A DNA stretch of 64,000 nt from an uncultured delta proteobacterium (GCA_963745835.1 CAVUZH010000018.1:288001-352000); one strand, 5' to 3'. Counted from the stretch's first letter, positions 40,167 through 50,617 are shown. Notes: a model not told the origin generated them from the sequence alone. Numbers and translations: made by a program.

Positions 40167-41171
40167 ATGAGAAAAAGCGCATTGTTTCTGTGTTTAATCG
40201 TCTCGATGTTCACTGTAATTTCGGATCACGTGATGGCGCAGACGCGAGCAAGCGCCGACAAAGTTCGGGTGGTTTACAGCGCCATCGGCAGTTCGCAAAG
40301 CCCTTTGTGGATTGCCCACGAAGCCGGCTTGTTTAAAAAACATGGTCTTGATGCCGAAATCCTCTACGTCGCCGGCGGCTCGCGAGCGGCGCAGGTGATC
40401 TTGTCCGGTGAGGCGCCGATTGCCATGTTCAACGGCAGCTCGGTAATCAGTGCGAATCTCGCCGGGGCGGATCTGGTTAATCTGGCCAGCGGCATGAATG
40501 TGCTGCCTTTCTTCCTGGTCACCGGACCCGGCGTCAAGCAAATCGAGGATCTCAAAGGCGGCAAAGTTGCGATCACACGATTTGCTTCGGCAACCGACTT
40601 CGCTCTTCGTTTTGCCGCGGAAAAGTGGCCGATTAAACCGGAGCGCGATTTTGCCGTGATACAGTTAGGCGGTCAGCCGGAGATGATGGCCGCGCTCAAG
40701 AGCGGCGCGGTGCAGGGAGCCATGCTCAACGCTGAGTTCGCGATTCTCGCGCGTCGCGAAGGCTATCGCGATCTTGTCGACGTAGCTTCGCTGGGCTTGG
40801 TTTTTCCCGGTTCGGGAGTCAACACCAGCCGGTCTTTCATCAAGAGCCGCCGCGATACAGTATTGCGAATCATGCGCGCTTACACCGAAAGCGTTTACCT
40901 CGGCAGAACCAACAAAAGCTTTGGTGTTACTGTGCTTGGAAAGTATCTCAAGAATCAGGACGTGCCGTTTTTACAAGCGGTTCACGAACTCTATCTGGGC
41001 CGCTATATTCCCTGGCCTCCTTACGCTTCTGTGGAAGCCATGAAACGAGCTCTCGACGACGTTGCCGAAAGAGATCCACGCGCCCGGGGCATGCGTCCCG
41101 AACAATTCATCGATGCCAGCCTGATGCAGGAGCTCGACAAGGAAGGTTTTATCAAGCAACTGGGGCGCTGA
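40167..41171 (+). CDS. ABC transporter substrate-binding protein, SsuA/TauA/NMT1 family (orphan)
   Basis: Signal peptide, PLWIA.EAGLFKKHGL, DLKGGKVAI, AALKSGAV, PEQFID.S...EL.KEGFI. Confidence 0.88.
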   Translation: MRKSALFLCLIVSMFTVISDHVMAQTRASADKVRVVYSAIGSSQSPLWIAHEAGLFKKHGLDAEILYVAGGSRAAQVILSGEAPIAMFNGSSVISANLAGADLVNLASGMNVLPFFLVTGPGVKQIEDLKGGKVAITRFASATDFALRFAAEKWPIKPERDFAVIQLGGQPEMMAALKSGAVQGAMLNAEFAILARREGYRDLVDVASLGLVFPGSGVNTSRSFIKSRRDTVLRIMRAYTESVYLGRTNKSFGVTVLGKYLKNQDVPFLQAVHELYLGRYIPWPPYASVEAMKRALDDVAERDPRARGMRPEQFIDASLMQELDKEGFIKQLGR

Positions 41172-41184
41172 TACTTACAAGGGA

Positions 41185-41216
41185 AAGTTCAACTGTTCAA
41201 AGGTTCAAACGTTCAA
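41185..41216. repeat. 4 x 8-nt NNGTTCAA micro-array
   Basis: AAGTTCAA CTGTTCAA AGGTTCAA ACGTTCAA between convergent genes. Confidence 0.85.
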
Positions 41217-41264
41217 CGCCAGATAGACACTTTCCGGGCTAACCAATGGGTCGCCACGGTCGGA

Positions 41265-41852
41265 TTACTTGAGCTTTCTGACCTCTTGCAGGATTTGTTT
41301 ATTCGTTGGCCGGATGGTGTAGTTTGTTTCGGTAAACTTCCAACGTACTACTCCCTTGGTATCGATCACATACGTCGTTGGATGAGGCCAGCCTTTGCCA
41401 TCCGGGTTGAGAAGCCCATAGCGATCGATCACTTTGTGATCGGTATCTCGAAGCAGGGGAAAGGTTTGACTGCCATTATTCGCCGCTTGAAGTTTTTGCC
41501 GCAATTTTTTCGAGTCCTCATGGCTGTCGATGCTCACCGCCAGGATTTGCGATCTCGCGCTGTCTTGTTTATTTAGCAGGCTTTGCAGCTCGCCGAGCTG
41601 CACGACGCAATAGGGTCACCAATGGCCGCGGTAAAAAACCAACACGACATTCTTTTTGCCGCGGTAATCGGCAAGGCTGACGTTCTTACCGTCTGAATCC
41701 TCAAGCGTAAAATCCGGCGCCGGCTGCCCGACCTTGACCCGGTCGAGATCCGTCGCCGGCTGTTTTATTTCGTCCTTCGGACCGGTTTGGGCTGAGACAG
41801 CGACTTGGTTGAAGACTAACAGTAGAGCGAATACAAAGAGCAGTGGCTTCAT
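41265..41852 (-). CDS. Exported AhpC/TSA peroxiredoxin-like protein with an in-frame UGA; putative selenoprotein (UxxC)
   Basis: ORFs 41616..41852 and 41265..41603 are in one frame: APDFTL...VVLVFYRGHW-UGA-PYCVVQLGEL...AVSID...HPTTYVID..GVVRW; a hairpin follows the UGA. Confidence 0.88.
41584..41602 (-). promoter_or_regulatory. Bacterial SECIS-like hairpin
   Basis: Minus strand TGCAGCTC-GGC-GAGCTGCA: perfect 8-bp stem with a G-starting loop, beginning 13 nt 3' of the UGA. Confidence 0.7.
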
Positions 41853-41884
41853 CAGTTTCTCCGTAGACCTGCTAAGGGCACCGA

Positions 41885-42692
41885 TTATGTCACAGATTTA
41901 GGTCGCGGCGAAACATGCGAACGAAAAAACCGATACGAAATAGCGCGAAAAAGACCGGGCATGAAGCGCTTAAAGGCGCACATCAATGCGACTGACGTCG
42001 GCGTAATAACTTGGAAGCGCTTGTTTTCGATAACGCGAATCACGCGTCTGAGAGACAGATTCAGCAGTGATAACCAGCGATGAGGGTGACTTCGGCGAAG
42101 TTTGCGCGAACGAACGGTTGAAGCTCGTTCTCACTGGACCGGGGCAGACAAGCGAAACATCGATGCCCAGAGGCTTCAGCTCGTTATAAAGGCTTTCACT
42201 TAAACCGTTCAGGGCAAACTTTGATGCGCAGTAAGCGGCCATATTCATTGTTCCGATATGGCCGGCGACGGATGAGATATTAACGATATGGCCGCGGCCT
42301 TTGGCAATCATCGAGGGCACCACCTCACGGGTGCAGTAGACCGCGCCGAGATAATTCGTTCGCATGATCTCTTCAATAGTGTCGAGTGGCATTTCAACAA
42401 AGGGTTGGCGCATGCCGATGCCGGCATTATTTATGAGAACATCGACGGCATCGTACGCCGCGAGTACTTTCGCGACCATAGCGCGGACCTCATCCCTTGA
42501 ACCGACGTCACACCTAATCGTAATCGATCGCGGGCTAATGCGCTGAAGCTCGGCAAGAAGGGCTCCAAGCCGTTCCGCAGAGCGCCCGCAACCAATAATC
42601 ACGGCACCACGTGCTGCTAGATCCAGTGCCAGGCGTTTGCCGATACCGTCCGATGCGCCGGTAATTAAAATGATCCGATCCGTAAAGTTCAT
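41885..42692 (-). CDS. SDR family oxidoreductase (frameshift near 42046 in the C-terminal part)
   Basis: ITGASDGIG, INNAG, NISS, YCASK, CPGPV; an alternate frame continues VIRVIENKRFQVITP...KRFMPGLFR to a stop at 41885. Confidence 0.88.
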
Positions 42693-42764
42693 CTGGCGTT
42701 TCTAGGTTAGCTCAGTCAGTAGTGTTATGCTGCAAGGAAACAATGTCGCCTACAAAGAGTCAAT

Positions 42765-44057
42765 ATGAGCTCCAATAACGGTCATACGCCGAATGGTGGC
42801 CCGCCGCGTCGCCGTGTAGTAGTAACCGGGATCGGCGCCGTCAGCCCGAACGGCATCGGTCGTGACGCCTACTGGAGGTCTCTTCGTTGCGGCCGCAGTG
42901 GGGTCGATCTGATTTCGCAATTTCCGACTGACGAGCTCTCGTGCCAAATCGCCGGTGAAGTTAAAAATTTTCGCGCCGAGGATTATTTACCGCCGCAGGA
43001 TTTGCGGCGGGTCGGGCGAGCCGTGCCGCTGCTGCTCGCCGCCACTCGGGAAGCCTTAACCGAAGCTGGAATTGTTTGGCAGGAGTTGAGCCTGGAAGAA
43101 AGACGCTCCTGGGGTGTGATAGTCGGCAGCGGCGGCGGCACTCCGGATTTCACCGAAGAGCAATACCGCCTGTTCTTTTCCAACCAGATGCGCAAGGTGA
43201 GCGCTTACAATGTCTCGGGCTCGACGCCAGGCAACGTCTCCAGCGAGGTCTCGCTCCATTTCGACCTGCGTGGCCCGAGTCATCTCATCTCCACCGGCTG
43301 CACCAGCTCCACCGATGCGCTCGGCTATGCGTTCAATATGATTCGCTTCGGTTTGGCAGAGCACCTGGTAACGGGCGGAACTGATGCCACGATCACGCCG
43401 GGGATCATGCAGGGCTTTTGCGTGATGCGGGTGGTCTCCTGTTCGCGCAACAGCGAACCACACCGGGCTTCGCGCCCGTTCGATCGCAGCCGCGACGGGT
43501 TCGTGCTCGGCGAGGGCGCTTGGACGCTGGTTCTCGAGGAGCGCCGCAGCGCTCTGGCCCGCGGAGCACAAATTTATGCGGAAGTTCTTGGTTATGGCTC
43601 CACCTGTGATGCGTATCACCGGGTCCGGCTCGACCCGAATGGAGAAGAGCCGGCAAGGGCCATGAGCCTGGCGATCCAAGATGCCGCCATCGCCAAAGAC
43701 GAGATCGGATACGTGGCGCTGCACGGCACCTCGACGATTCTCAATGACAGAACCGAGACGGTTGCCGCCAAGCTTTGTTTTGGCCGGCGCGCTTACGAGA
43801 TCCCCATGAGCTCGGTGAAATCCATGATCGGCCACCCGCAGGGAGCTTCGGGCGCAGCCGGCGTGGTTGCCGCGATTATGGCGATGAACCACAATTTTTT
43901 GCCGCCGACCATCAACTGTGACGAGCCGGATCCGGAGTGCGACCTTAACTATATTCCAAATCGGGGCATTTCCCGGCCTGTCGACATTTCATTGTGCAAT
44001 TGCATCGGCTTCGGCTCCAAGAACTCGGCCCTGGTAATCGCTCGGGGAGAGATGTGA
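42765..44057 (+). CDS. fabF: Beta-ketoacyl-ACP synthase II (FabF-like)
   Basis: RRVVVTGIG.VSP.G, STGCTSS (catalytic Cys), SRPFD..RDGFVLGEG, HGTST..ND, KSMIGH, GFGSKN. Confidence 0.9.
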   Translation: MSSNNGHTPNGGPPRRRVVVTGIGAVSPNGIGRDAYWRSLRCGRSGVDLISQFPTDELSCQIAGEVKNFRAEDYLPPQDLRRVGRAVPLLLAATREALTEAGIVWQELSLEERRSWGVIVGSGGGTPDFTEEQYRLFFSNQMRKVSAYNVSGSTPGNVSSEVSLHFDLRGPSHLISTGCTSSTDALGYAFNMIRFGLAEHLVTGGTDATITPGIMQGFCVMRVVSCSRNSEPHRASRPFDRSRDGFVLGEGAWTLVLEERRSALARGAQIYAEVLGYGSTCDAYHRVRLDPNGEEPARAMSLAIQDAAIAKDEIGYVALHGTSTILNDRTETVAAKLCFGRRAYEIPMSSVKSMIGHPQGASGAAGVVAAIMAMNHNFLPPTINCDEPDPECDLNYIPNRGISRPVDISLCNCIGFGSKNSALVIARGEM

Positions 44058-44848
44058 AGCGCAGCATGGCCCCCGAGATGATGGACTCGCCGGACAACCC
44101 GCGCGAGCTCCTGGAAGATGATCTGCGCAATTTGCGAATCATCAATCGATATCTGGGAAACTATCGAGCCGTGCTTGGCGGTTTGGCGCGGCTGATCGAG
44201 GAACAAAAGTTAAAGCGGTTTTCCCTCCTCGACGTCGGCACGGGAAGCGCCGACATTCCGGCGCTAATCGCCTCATGGGCGCGGCGCCAACATCTCACCG
44301 CTCAAGTAATCGGTCTCGATCCGGAGCCGGTGACTCTACGTGCAGCGGTCAAGCAAACTCGTAATTATCCGGAGATCGGTCTGATGCGAGGTGATGGCCG
44401 GGCGCTGCCGTTGGCTTCGGATGCTGTCGATTTCGTGCTCTCATCCCAGATGCTTCATCACTTTTCCGAGGATGACATCATCAATCTGCTCAGGGGCTGG
44501 TCTCGCGTGGCGCGCCGGGCGATCATCGTTTGCGATCTGGTGCGGCATCCGGTGGCGTACCATGGAATCCGTCTAGTTACCAAAGCTTTGACGCGCAACA
44601 TTATGACCCGTACCGATGGGCCGCTCTCGGTGCAACGGGCATTTACCTTGGATGAGTGGCGCGACTTGTTCGAACGCGCCGGAATCGGTCCGTTTCGACT
44701 GTTTCCAAAATTTCCCTTTCGGCAGATAACAATTTTCTCAATGCTGGAACGAAAGTCGGCAAGCCGGCTGCGCGATGATCAAAACCATCATAGAAGTTTG
44801 GCCGGGTCATCGTCGGCTGATTGTGATGCTGGTCCGACCGGAATGTAA
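44054..44848 (+). CDS. Class I SAM-dependent methyltransferase
   Basis: GTG start overlaps the fabF stop; E.MD.P, L..INR.LG, LLDVGTGSAD, LHHFS, DL.R, DG.LSV.RAFT..E. Confidence 0.88.
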   Translation: MKRSMAPEMMDSPDNPRELLEDDLRNLRIINRYLGNYRAVLGGLARLIEEQKLKRFSLLDVGTGSADIPALIASWARRQHLTAQVIGLDPEPVTLRAAVKQTRNYPEIGLMRGDGRALPLASDAVDFVLSSQMLHHFSEDDIINLLRGWSRVARRAIIVCDLVRHPVAYHGIRLVTKALTRNIMTRTDGPLSVQRAFTLDEWRDLFERAGIGPFRLFPKFPFRQITIFSMLERKSASRLRDDQNHHRSLAGSSSADCDAGPTGM

Positions 44849-44892
44849 TTGGGACTCTCGGCAATCCGCCAACGATCACCAATAGAGTTGAA

Positions 44893-46054
44893 ATGGAAAA
44901 GTTCGATGCGGCTATAATCGGCGCCGGACCCGCTGGGGCTGCCGCGGCAATATCCCTGGCCGACAAAGGTTACCGGGTGGCGCTGATCGATAAGGAAAAG
45001 TTTCCACGCGGCAAGCTGTGCGGCGATTTCATCAATCCGGTTAACTGGCCGATTCTGCGCGAGCTTGACGTCGAGAACGATATATTTTCTTCCGAGCACG
45101 GCAAAGTCAGGGCGTTTCGGATCACCGCCTGTTCCGGCGAACACGCAGAAGCTCACTTGCCGGCGCAGAGCGGCGGGCCAGAATTCGGGCTGGGCCTGAG
45201 CCGTACCATCTTCGATCTCGCTTTATTGCGAAAAGCCGAACAGAAGGGCGCGGTAGTCCTGCAAGGCTGCAGAATCAAAAGCTTAGGACGTAAACTCCGG
45301 GGATGGGAGCTGTTACTTGATCATGCGCCGGGCGACGCCGAAATCCGCGCGCCTGTTGTAGTCGGAGCTGACGGAAGGAATTCATGGGTTGCACACCGGC
45401 TGGGTCTGACCAGCGCGGTCGAAACACAAGGGCGTTCGGTGGGCTTTCAGTTTAACCTCGATGCTCTCGATGCCATCAGGGGCAACATCGATATTCATCT
45501 ATTCCCGGGCGGCTACGCCGGAGTGGTTGGGCTCGGCGGCAACTCTTTCAATCTGTGTCTGGCAGTAGATAAACAAAGGCTGCCGCGTGAACGGCAAGTG
45601 GAGTTCTTGTCGGAATCGTTGCTACCGCAAAACCCCTATCTGCGAGAATTGCTCCTCAGCAGCCGCCGAGTGGGCGAGGCTCGGGCGACTTATCCGGTCT
45701 ATTTTAAACCGCGGCGCTGCGTAGCCGACGGCATTCTGTTTATTGGTGATGCCGCGCGGGTCAACGAGCCGGTGAGCGGCGAAGGGATTTACTTCGCGAT
45801 GAAAAGCGCGCTGCTGGCGGCCGAGACTATCGATGAGGCGTTTGGCGCCGGCGATTTTTCCGCAGACCCGCTTGCGCTCTTATGAACGCCGCTGCCGCCG
45901 GGAGTTCAAGCTTCGCCGGCGACTCAACATGCTCCTGCGGCATTTAGCCTATCGTCCCGCGCTGCTGACGCCGTTTGTGCGTTTTTCTGCGAAACACGGA
46001 CGGCTGCTCGACGCGCTCGTCCAGGCGATCTGCGCGCCGCAGCCGGCCCGTTGA
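44893..46054 (+). CDS. FAD-dependent oxidoreductase (geranylgeranyl reductase/FixC-like); frameshift near 45870
   Basis: IIGAGPAG, FPR.KLCG, VVGADGRNS, IGDAA...EPVSGEGI..A; the C-terminus continues in ORF 45833..46054 (YERRCRREF..R). Confidence 0.87.
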
Positions 46055-46078
46055 AGTCTCGTCTAATCGAAAGAAATA

Positions 46079-46148
46079 TTACGCGCGGAGGACGCGGAGG
46101 AGAGCGTTTGAATTTAAGATCTCTGCGCACTCTGAGCCTCTGCGGTGA
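46079..46148. repeat. Imperfect REP-like inverted repeat (CGCRGAG-type units)
   Basis: CGCGGAGGACGCGGAG...CTCTGCGCACTCTGAGCCTCTGCGGTGA in the intergenic space. Confidence 0.5.
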
Positions 46149-46254
46149 ATTCCTCTTTATCCCCTTTAGGTTTTGGTTCCGTCACGCCGGGTGCTTCGCG
46201 GCGAGATGACGCTTTCCAGATGACAGCCTCCCGGCTTATGAGTATATTTGCAGA

Positions 46255-47927
46255 ATGATTCCTGAATTTACCGCCGAAGAACAGAAACGTCTGGTCGCTT
46301 TTTTCACGAACCTCGAGCGACCGATTTTTGGTTTGAAGCTTCCCCAAGAAGTAGCCGGGGCGCTGTTTTCGCGTTACAGCCGCTCGTCCAAGAGCTTGCG
46401 TCGCACATTCCTGGATGAGTTCCTGGGCGATCCCGAGCTCGGATTGAAAGATCTGCTCGGCGGCCAGCCGGTGGACGACGACAGCGCGGCCCTGAAAAAA
46501 GCGCGCGCCTTTTATGATCGCGTGCTGGTCGGCTATGGCGACGATTCCGTCGCGCAACTGGGCGGAGCGCACATCGCCTGTGAAAATATTTCCAATGTCG
46601 CGGCCAAGCTTATCGAAGACGCGCGCATTGGCATCGCGCCGCTGGAGAAGTCAACCCGCTATGTGCGTTTCGATCACAAGGACGCCGACGGAAATTATCT
46701 TTTTTACCGCGAGCCGAAGATCATGGCATCACGCCATGCTGCTTCTTATGTCGAAGTGATGAACCTGCTCTTCGACACCTATTCGAAGCAGATGGAGCCG
46801 ATGCTCGAGTGCGTCGCGCGTTCGCTACCCATCGAGCAAGTGGAAGCGCGCGATCCGAGCAGCGGCAAAGCGTTGCCCTACGCCGAGGCCAAGAAAGATG
46901 AACGTTTAAAGCGCTGGGCGGAGACGGCTTACCGCGCCACCGTGCGCGCCCATGCTTGTGATGTTTTACGTAGCTATCTGCCGGCTGCGACGTTGACCAA
47001 CGTTGGCATGTTCGGCGCCGGCCAGGCGTTCGAATATCTTCTGAGTAAGCTCTATTCCAATGAGTTGAGCGAAGCCAAAGCGGTTGCCGGAGCAATGCAT
47101 GGTGAGCTGAATCAATTGATACCGTCCTTTATCAAGCGCGCCCAATCCAACGAGTATCTGGCGCAGACGTCGGCATCGGCGAAAAACATCGCGGCTAAGA
47201 TCACCAAAGATTCTCCGCGGGAAACCCAGCCGGTGGTCTTGCTGGATTACGACGCGGATGCGGAAGAAAAAGTGGTGGCGGCGATTCTTTACGCGCACGC
47301 GCGCCATCCGCTACAGCAGCTACGAGAGATCGTTACCAGGATGGATCCCTCCCAGCGGCGACAGATCCTGCAGGAGCAGTTTGCCAAGCGCCGGCACCGC
47401 CGCGACAAGCTCAGCCGGGCCTTCGAGAATGCCTATTACACCTTCGACATTCTCGGCAATCTCGGACTCTATCGCGATTTGCACCGGCATAGAATTCTCA
47501 CTCAGGAGCGCCAGGACTTCACGACGGTCCACGGCTACGACACGCCGCCGGAGATTGAGGAAGCCGGTTTTAAATCCGAGTTCGAGGAATGCATGAAACG
47601 CGCGGCGGATCTGTACGAGCAAATCTTCAAAGATTTGCCATGCGAAGCGCAGTACGTGGTGCCGTTCGCCTTTAAGATTCGCTGGTACATGAAAATGAAT
47701 CTGCGCGAGGCCTTGCACATGTGCGAGCTGCGCACCATGCCCCAAGGGCATCCCGACTACCGTTTCATCTGCCAGGAGATGTGGCGCAAGATCCAGGAAG
47801 TTCATCCGGCACTGGCCGAATGCGGGAAAGTTTATCGATTGGGGGAAGTATCAGGTTGGGGCGTCTGCAGTCCGAGATGCGCACGGAGTTCAAAAGGTCG
47901 ACTTTGGAGAAGAAGAATAGACATTAA
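46255..47927 (+). CDS. thyX: Long (two-domain) FAD-dependent thymidylate synthase, ThyX-like; C-terminal frameshift near 47830-47860
   Basis: ALFSRYSRS, GYGDDSVAQL, LEKSTRY, RSYLPAAT.TN, RDLHRHR, NLRE..H.CELRT..QGHPDYR; the true end is likely GRLQSEMRTEFK...* at 47927. Confidence 0.85.
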
Positions 47928-48071
47928 ATTAAAAAGAACTTCTTATGCCGGGTTAGGTGTTTACTATAGGCGGTTCATAGAAAAACGGCCGCTCGTCGGG
48001 ATAAGATGGTAAATCTTCGGGTACGGCTCTGTTGCCAGAAATTTTGAAGCCAAATTTAGAGGAGTGAACCC

Positions 48072-48311
48072 ATGACCCGCCCAGCAAGAGAATTAGTCAA
48101 TGCCGCGATCAAACTTGACGAAAGTGAGCGTGTTAAAATTGTCGAGGAAATCCTAGCGAGCTTGGAGCCTGATACTGACGACGATGTGGACGCTGCCTGG
48201 GCAGCAGAGGTCGAACGGCGATCGCAGGAGATCAAGGAGCGCGTCGTTCGGCCTGTTCCCTGGACAGAGGTGAAATCGCAGGCCAGAAAGCGAGTTCGTG
48301 GCCGCGGCTAA
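48072..48311 (+). CDS. Addiction module antitoxin (TIGR02574-like)
   Basis: L...ER..I.E.IL.SL...VDAAW..EVERR..EI....VPW.EV; GAGGAG RBS. Confidence 0.88.
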   Translation: MTRPARELVNAAIKLDESERVKIVEEILASLEPDTDDDVDAAWAAEVERRSQEIKERVVRPVPWTEVKSQARKRVRGRG

Positions 48312-48605
48312 GGTCGCATTTCATCCTGACGCCTCCGCGGAATATGCAGCGGCTTTTCTCTGGTACTATGCGCGGGGAACAACGATCGCTTACGACATGA
48401 GCGCGAAATTGATCGCGCTGTCCGACTGATCTCCCAGAACCCGTTGCGCTGGCCTAAATTCGATGAACAGAGACGCTGTCTGATCGTGCGCAAATTTCCG
48501 TATTCGATCATATATGAAATGCACCGTAATGATGTGGTGGTCGGTGCCGTGGCCCATAGCAAACGACGACCGTACTATTGGCGGGAACGTGCGGCAGACA
48601 AATAG
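48298..48605 (+). CDS. ParE/RelE family toxin, frameshifted near 48397
   Basis: VAFHPDASAEY..A..WY / EREIDRAVRLI.QNP.RW...RR..VRKFPYSIIY...V.AVAH.KRRPYYW.ER. Confidence 0.8.
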
Positions 48606-48637
48606 CCAGAATTCTTTTATTCCTTGGATCGTCAATC

Positions 48638-48918
48638 ATGCGCATGAAGAACCCACCCCATCCTGGACGCGTTGTGCGTCAAGAGTGCATCGAACCCTTG
48701 GCTTAACCGTAACTGAAGCAGCCAAACGCCTCGGAGTGACGCGGCAGGCCTTGAACAATCTCGTAAATGGCAAGGGTGGCATCTCTGCCGAGATGGCCGT
48801 GCGGTTTTCCAAAACGTTTGGATCAAGTCCAGAAGTGTGGCTCGGCATGCAGATGGAATATGATCTCGCCCAAGTCGAGAAACAAGCGCACAATATCAAG
48901 GTTAAAGGGGTAGCGTGA
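48638..48918 (+). CDS. higA: HigA-family HTH antitoxin, frameshifted near 48695; no adjacent higB
   Basis: MRMKNPPHPGRVVRQECIEP / LGLTVTEAAKRLGVTRQAL..LVNGK.GISAEMA.R..K.FG.SPE.WL.MQ..YDL. Confidence 0.85.
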
Positions 48919-49105
48919 GAGTTTGTTCCGAGCCTGACTTAGTAGGTATTTGGCTTGCAAGTTTTTCTCGACAAAAATCTACTTAGAGACTCCGACATCG
49001 ATTCCACGGTTGCCCATTTGCGCAATTGAGCAAACATGGGGTAAAGGGACGAAGACGAAAGAGGGGACATTGGGGACGCTGTTTCCTGGCTGGATAAAGT
49101 TCCGC

Positions 49106-50320
49106 TTATCTCAAAAACTGCTTACGTAACGTACCGGTGCCGACAAAATGGGACAGCAGGCGAAAGTTCCGTGTCTCGTATCGGATACGACCGGCGATGA
49201 TTGCCGGATGAATGCCGAGGCGCTGTGCTAGCTCCATAACGGCCAGCGGCGTTGGGTTGTCCTTTACCTTGCTCGTATTCCATATGTCTTCTGGAATGAG
49301 CCCATTCTCGGCCCATTCATCCGCTTCGGTTTCTCGCGGATCACGTCGCGCCGCGTGCACGTCACGAAGACTCAGATCATCGACGAATGCTTCATTTTTC
49401 GTTTCGTTCATATGGCGGCCGATATGAGCAAGCTCGTGCAGCAAACAGAACCAGAAGTTATCGAGCCGATCATAGCGTAAGGTCAGTCCAATAACGGGTG
49501 TACCGTCGGCAAGTTGAAGGGCTGCACCGTCGAGGTGCGTACGTGGTAAATGCTCAAGATACACGAGATGAATACCGTGATTAGCGAGGAATTCTTGAGC
49601 GAGGCGGGGACCATCTTGTGACCAGCTCAATGTTGCCACTTTCTGCAGGAAAGCGAGGTCAACCGTACCGGGTTTAAAGCTGACAGGCAGCGGATGCGTA
49701 TTCGCTCTGGCTAACACTTCCCAGCACCAAGCTTTGAGAGAGTATGGATCAGTTTTCGCGTTGACACGTGCCTGATCATTCTTCCGATAGAACGTTGCAG
49801 GCAGAACATATTCGCCTCCGGCACGACCAATAAGATCACGCATGATTTCTTCGGCATGGGAGTCAAGATTGCGTCGCTTCTCGATCCATCCACGTTTCGC
49901 CATTTCTGCCACCGGAAACCGGTGCCACTCGGTGCCTTCGAGCGCCGAATGCAACTCACCGCCCGGTTGCTGTAACAGCACGTCAGCGGGAATACCGAGA
50001 TTCGCATGTAGCGCGCGCGCCATTTGCATCGTGAGTGGGCGTTTGCCGGATAACACCTCGGATACTTTTGCACGGCTGCCCATGAACGGAATAAGATCAC
50101 GCGGTGAAAGCCCGGATTGCTCCATGCGAAACCGGATTGCGCCAAGCGGGCTCGGAAAGCCCATGGGGACATGCTTCGCCTCGTAAAGTTCGACAAGATC
50201 CGTGAGCACATCGAGCTCCTCACCCTCAGAAGTACCGGCCTCAGCGTCCATAAGTTCATCGATACGCGCCATAGCGGCCTCATAATCAGTCTCGGTTCGA
50301 ATTGCTCGAATTTTGTTCAT
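49106..50320 (-). CDS. HigA-type HTH antitoxin fused to an ImmA/IrrE zinc metallopeptidase
   Basis: IRTE.DYE.A..RI..L, F.MEQ.GL...DL, SEVLSGKRPLT; C-terminal LDGAA, RYDRLDNFWF.LLHELAH (HExxH), E.EAD. Confidence 0.9.
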   Translation of the reverse strand: MNKIRAIRTETDYEAAMARIDELMDAEAGTSEGEELDVLTDLVELYEAKHVPMGFPSPLGAIRFRMEQSGLSPRDLIPFMGSRAKVSEVLSGKRPLTMQMARALHANLGIPADVLLQQPGGELHSALEGTEWHRFPVAEMAKRGWIEKRRNLDSHAEEIMRDLIGRAGGEYVLPATFYRKNDQARVNAKTDPYSLKAWCWEVLARANTHPLPVSFKPGTVDLAFLQKVATLSWSQDGPRLAQEFLANHGIHLVYLEHLPRTHLDGAALQLADGTPVIGLTLRYDRLDNFWFCLLHELAHIGRHMNETKNEAFVDDLSLRDVHAARRDPRETEADEWAENGLIPEDIWNTSKVKDNPTPLAVMELAQRLGIHPAIIAGRIRYETRNFRLLSHFVGTGTLRKQFLR

Positions 50321-50321
50321 G

Positions 50322-50612
50322 TCACACCTCCTTAACGTCGATCTCGTCGTATTCTTCGTGCGTCCCCACGAAACGCACATAAACCACTCGATACGGATAA
50401 TTGATTTTCACAACGAGCCTGTAGTCATTTCCTTTGATGTTGAATACAACGCGATCCCCTACAAAACTGGCACTTCTAAACTTGTCTTTTACTTGTGACG
50501 GCTTGGTCCAGTCCTCCTTTTCGACTTCGCGATACCAAGCCAAGAGCGGCTCTTCAGCATCCGGGCAGCGCGACCAAAATTCACGCAGGGCGCTCTTGGC
50601 AATGATCCGCAT
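50322..50612 (-). CDS. higB: HigB family mRNA interferase toxin
   Basis: MRII...L.EFW, L..WY, RVVFNIKGN.YRLVV.I.Y, FVGTH.EYD.ID. Confidence 0.92.
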   Translation of the reverse strand: MRIIAKSALREFWSRCPDAEEPLLAWYREVEKEDWTKPSQVKDKFRSASFVGDRVVFNIKGNDYRLVVKINYPYRVVYVRFVGTHEEYDEIDVKEV

Positions 50613-50617
50613 TGGTC

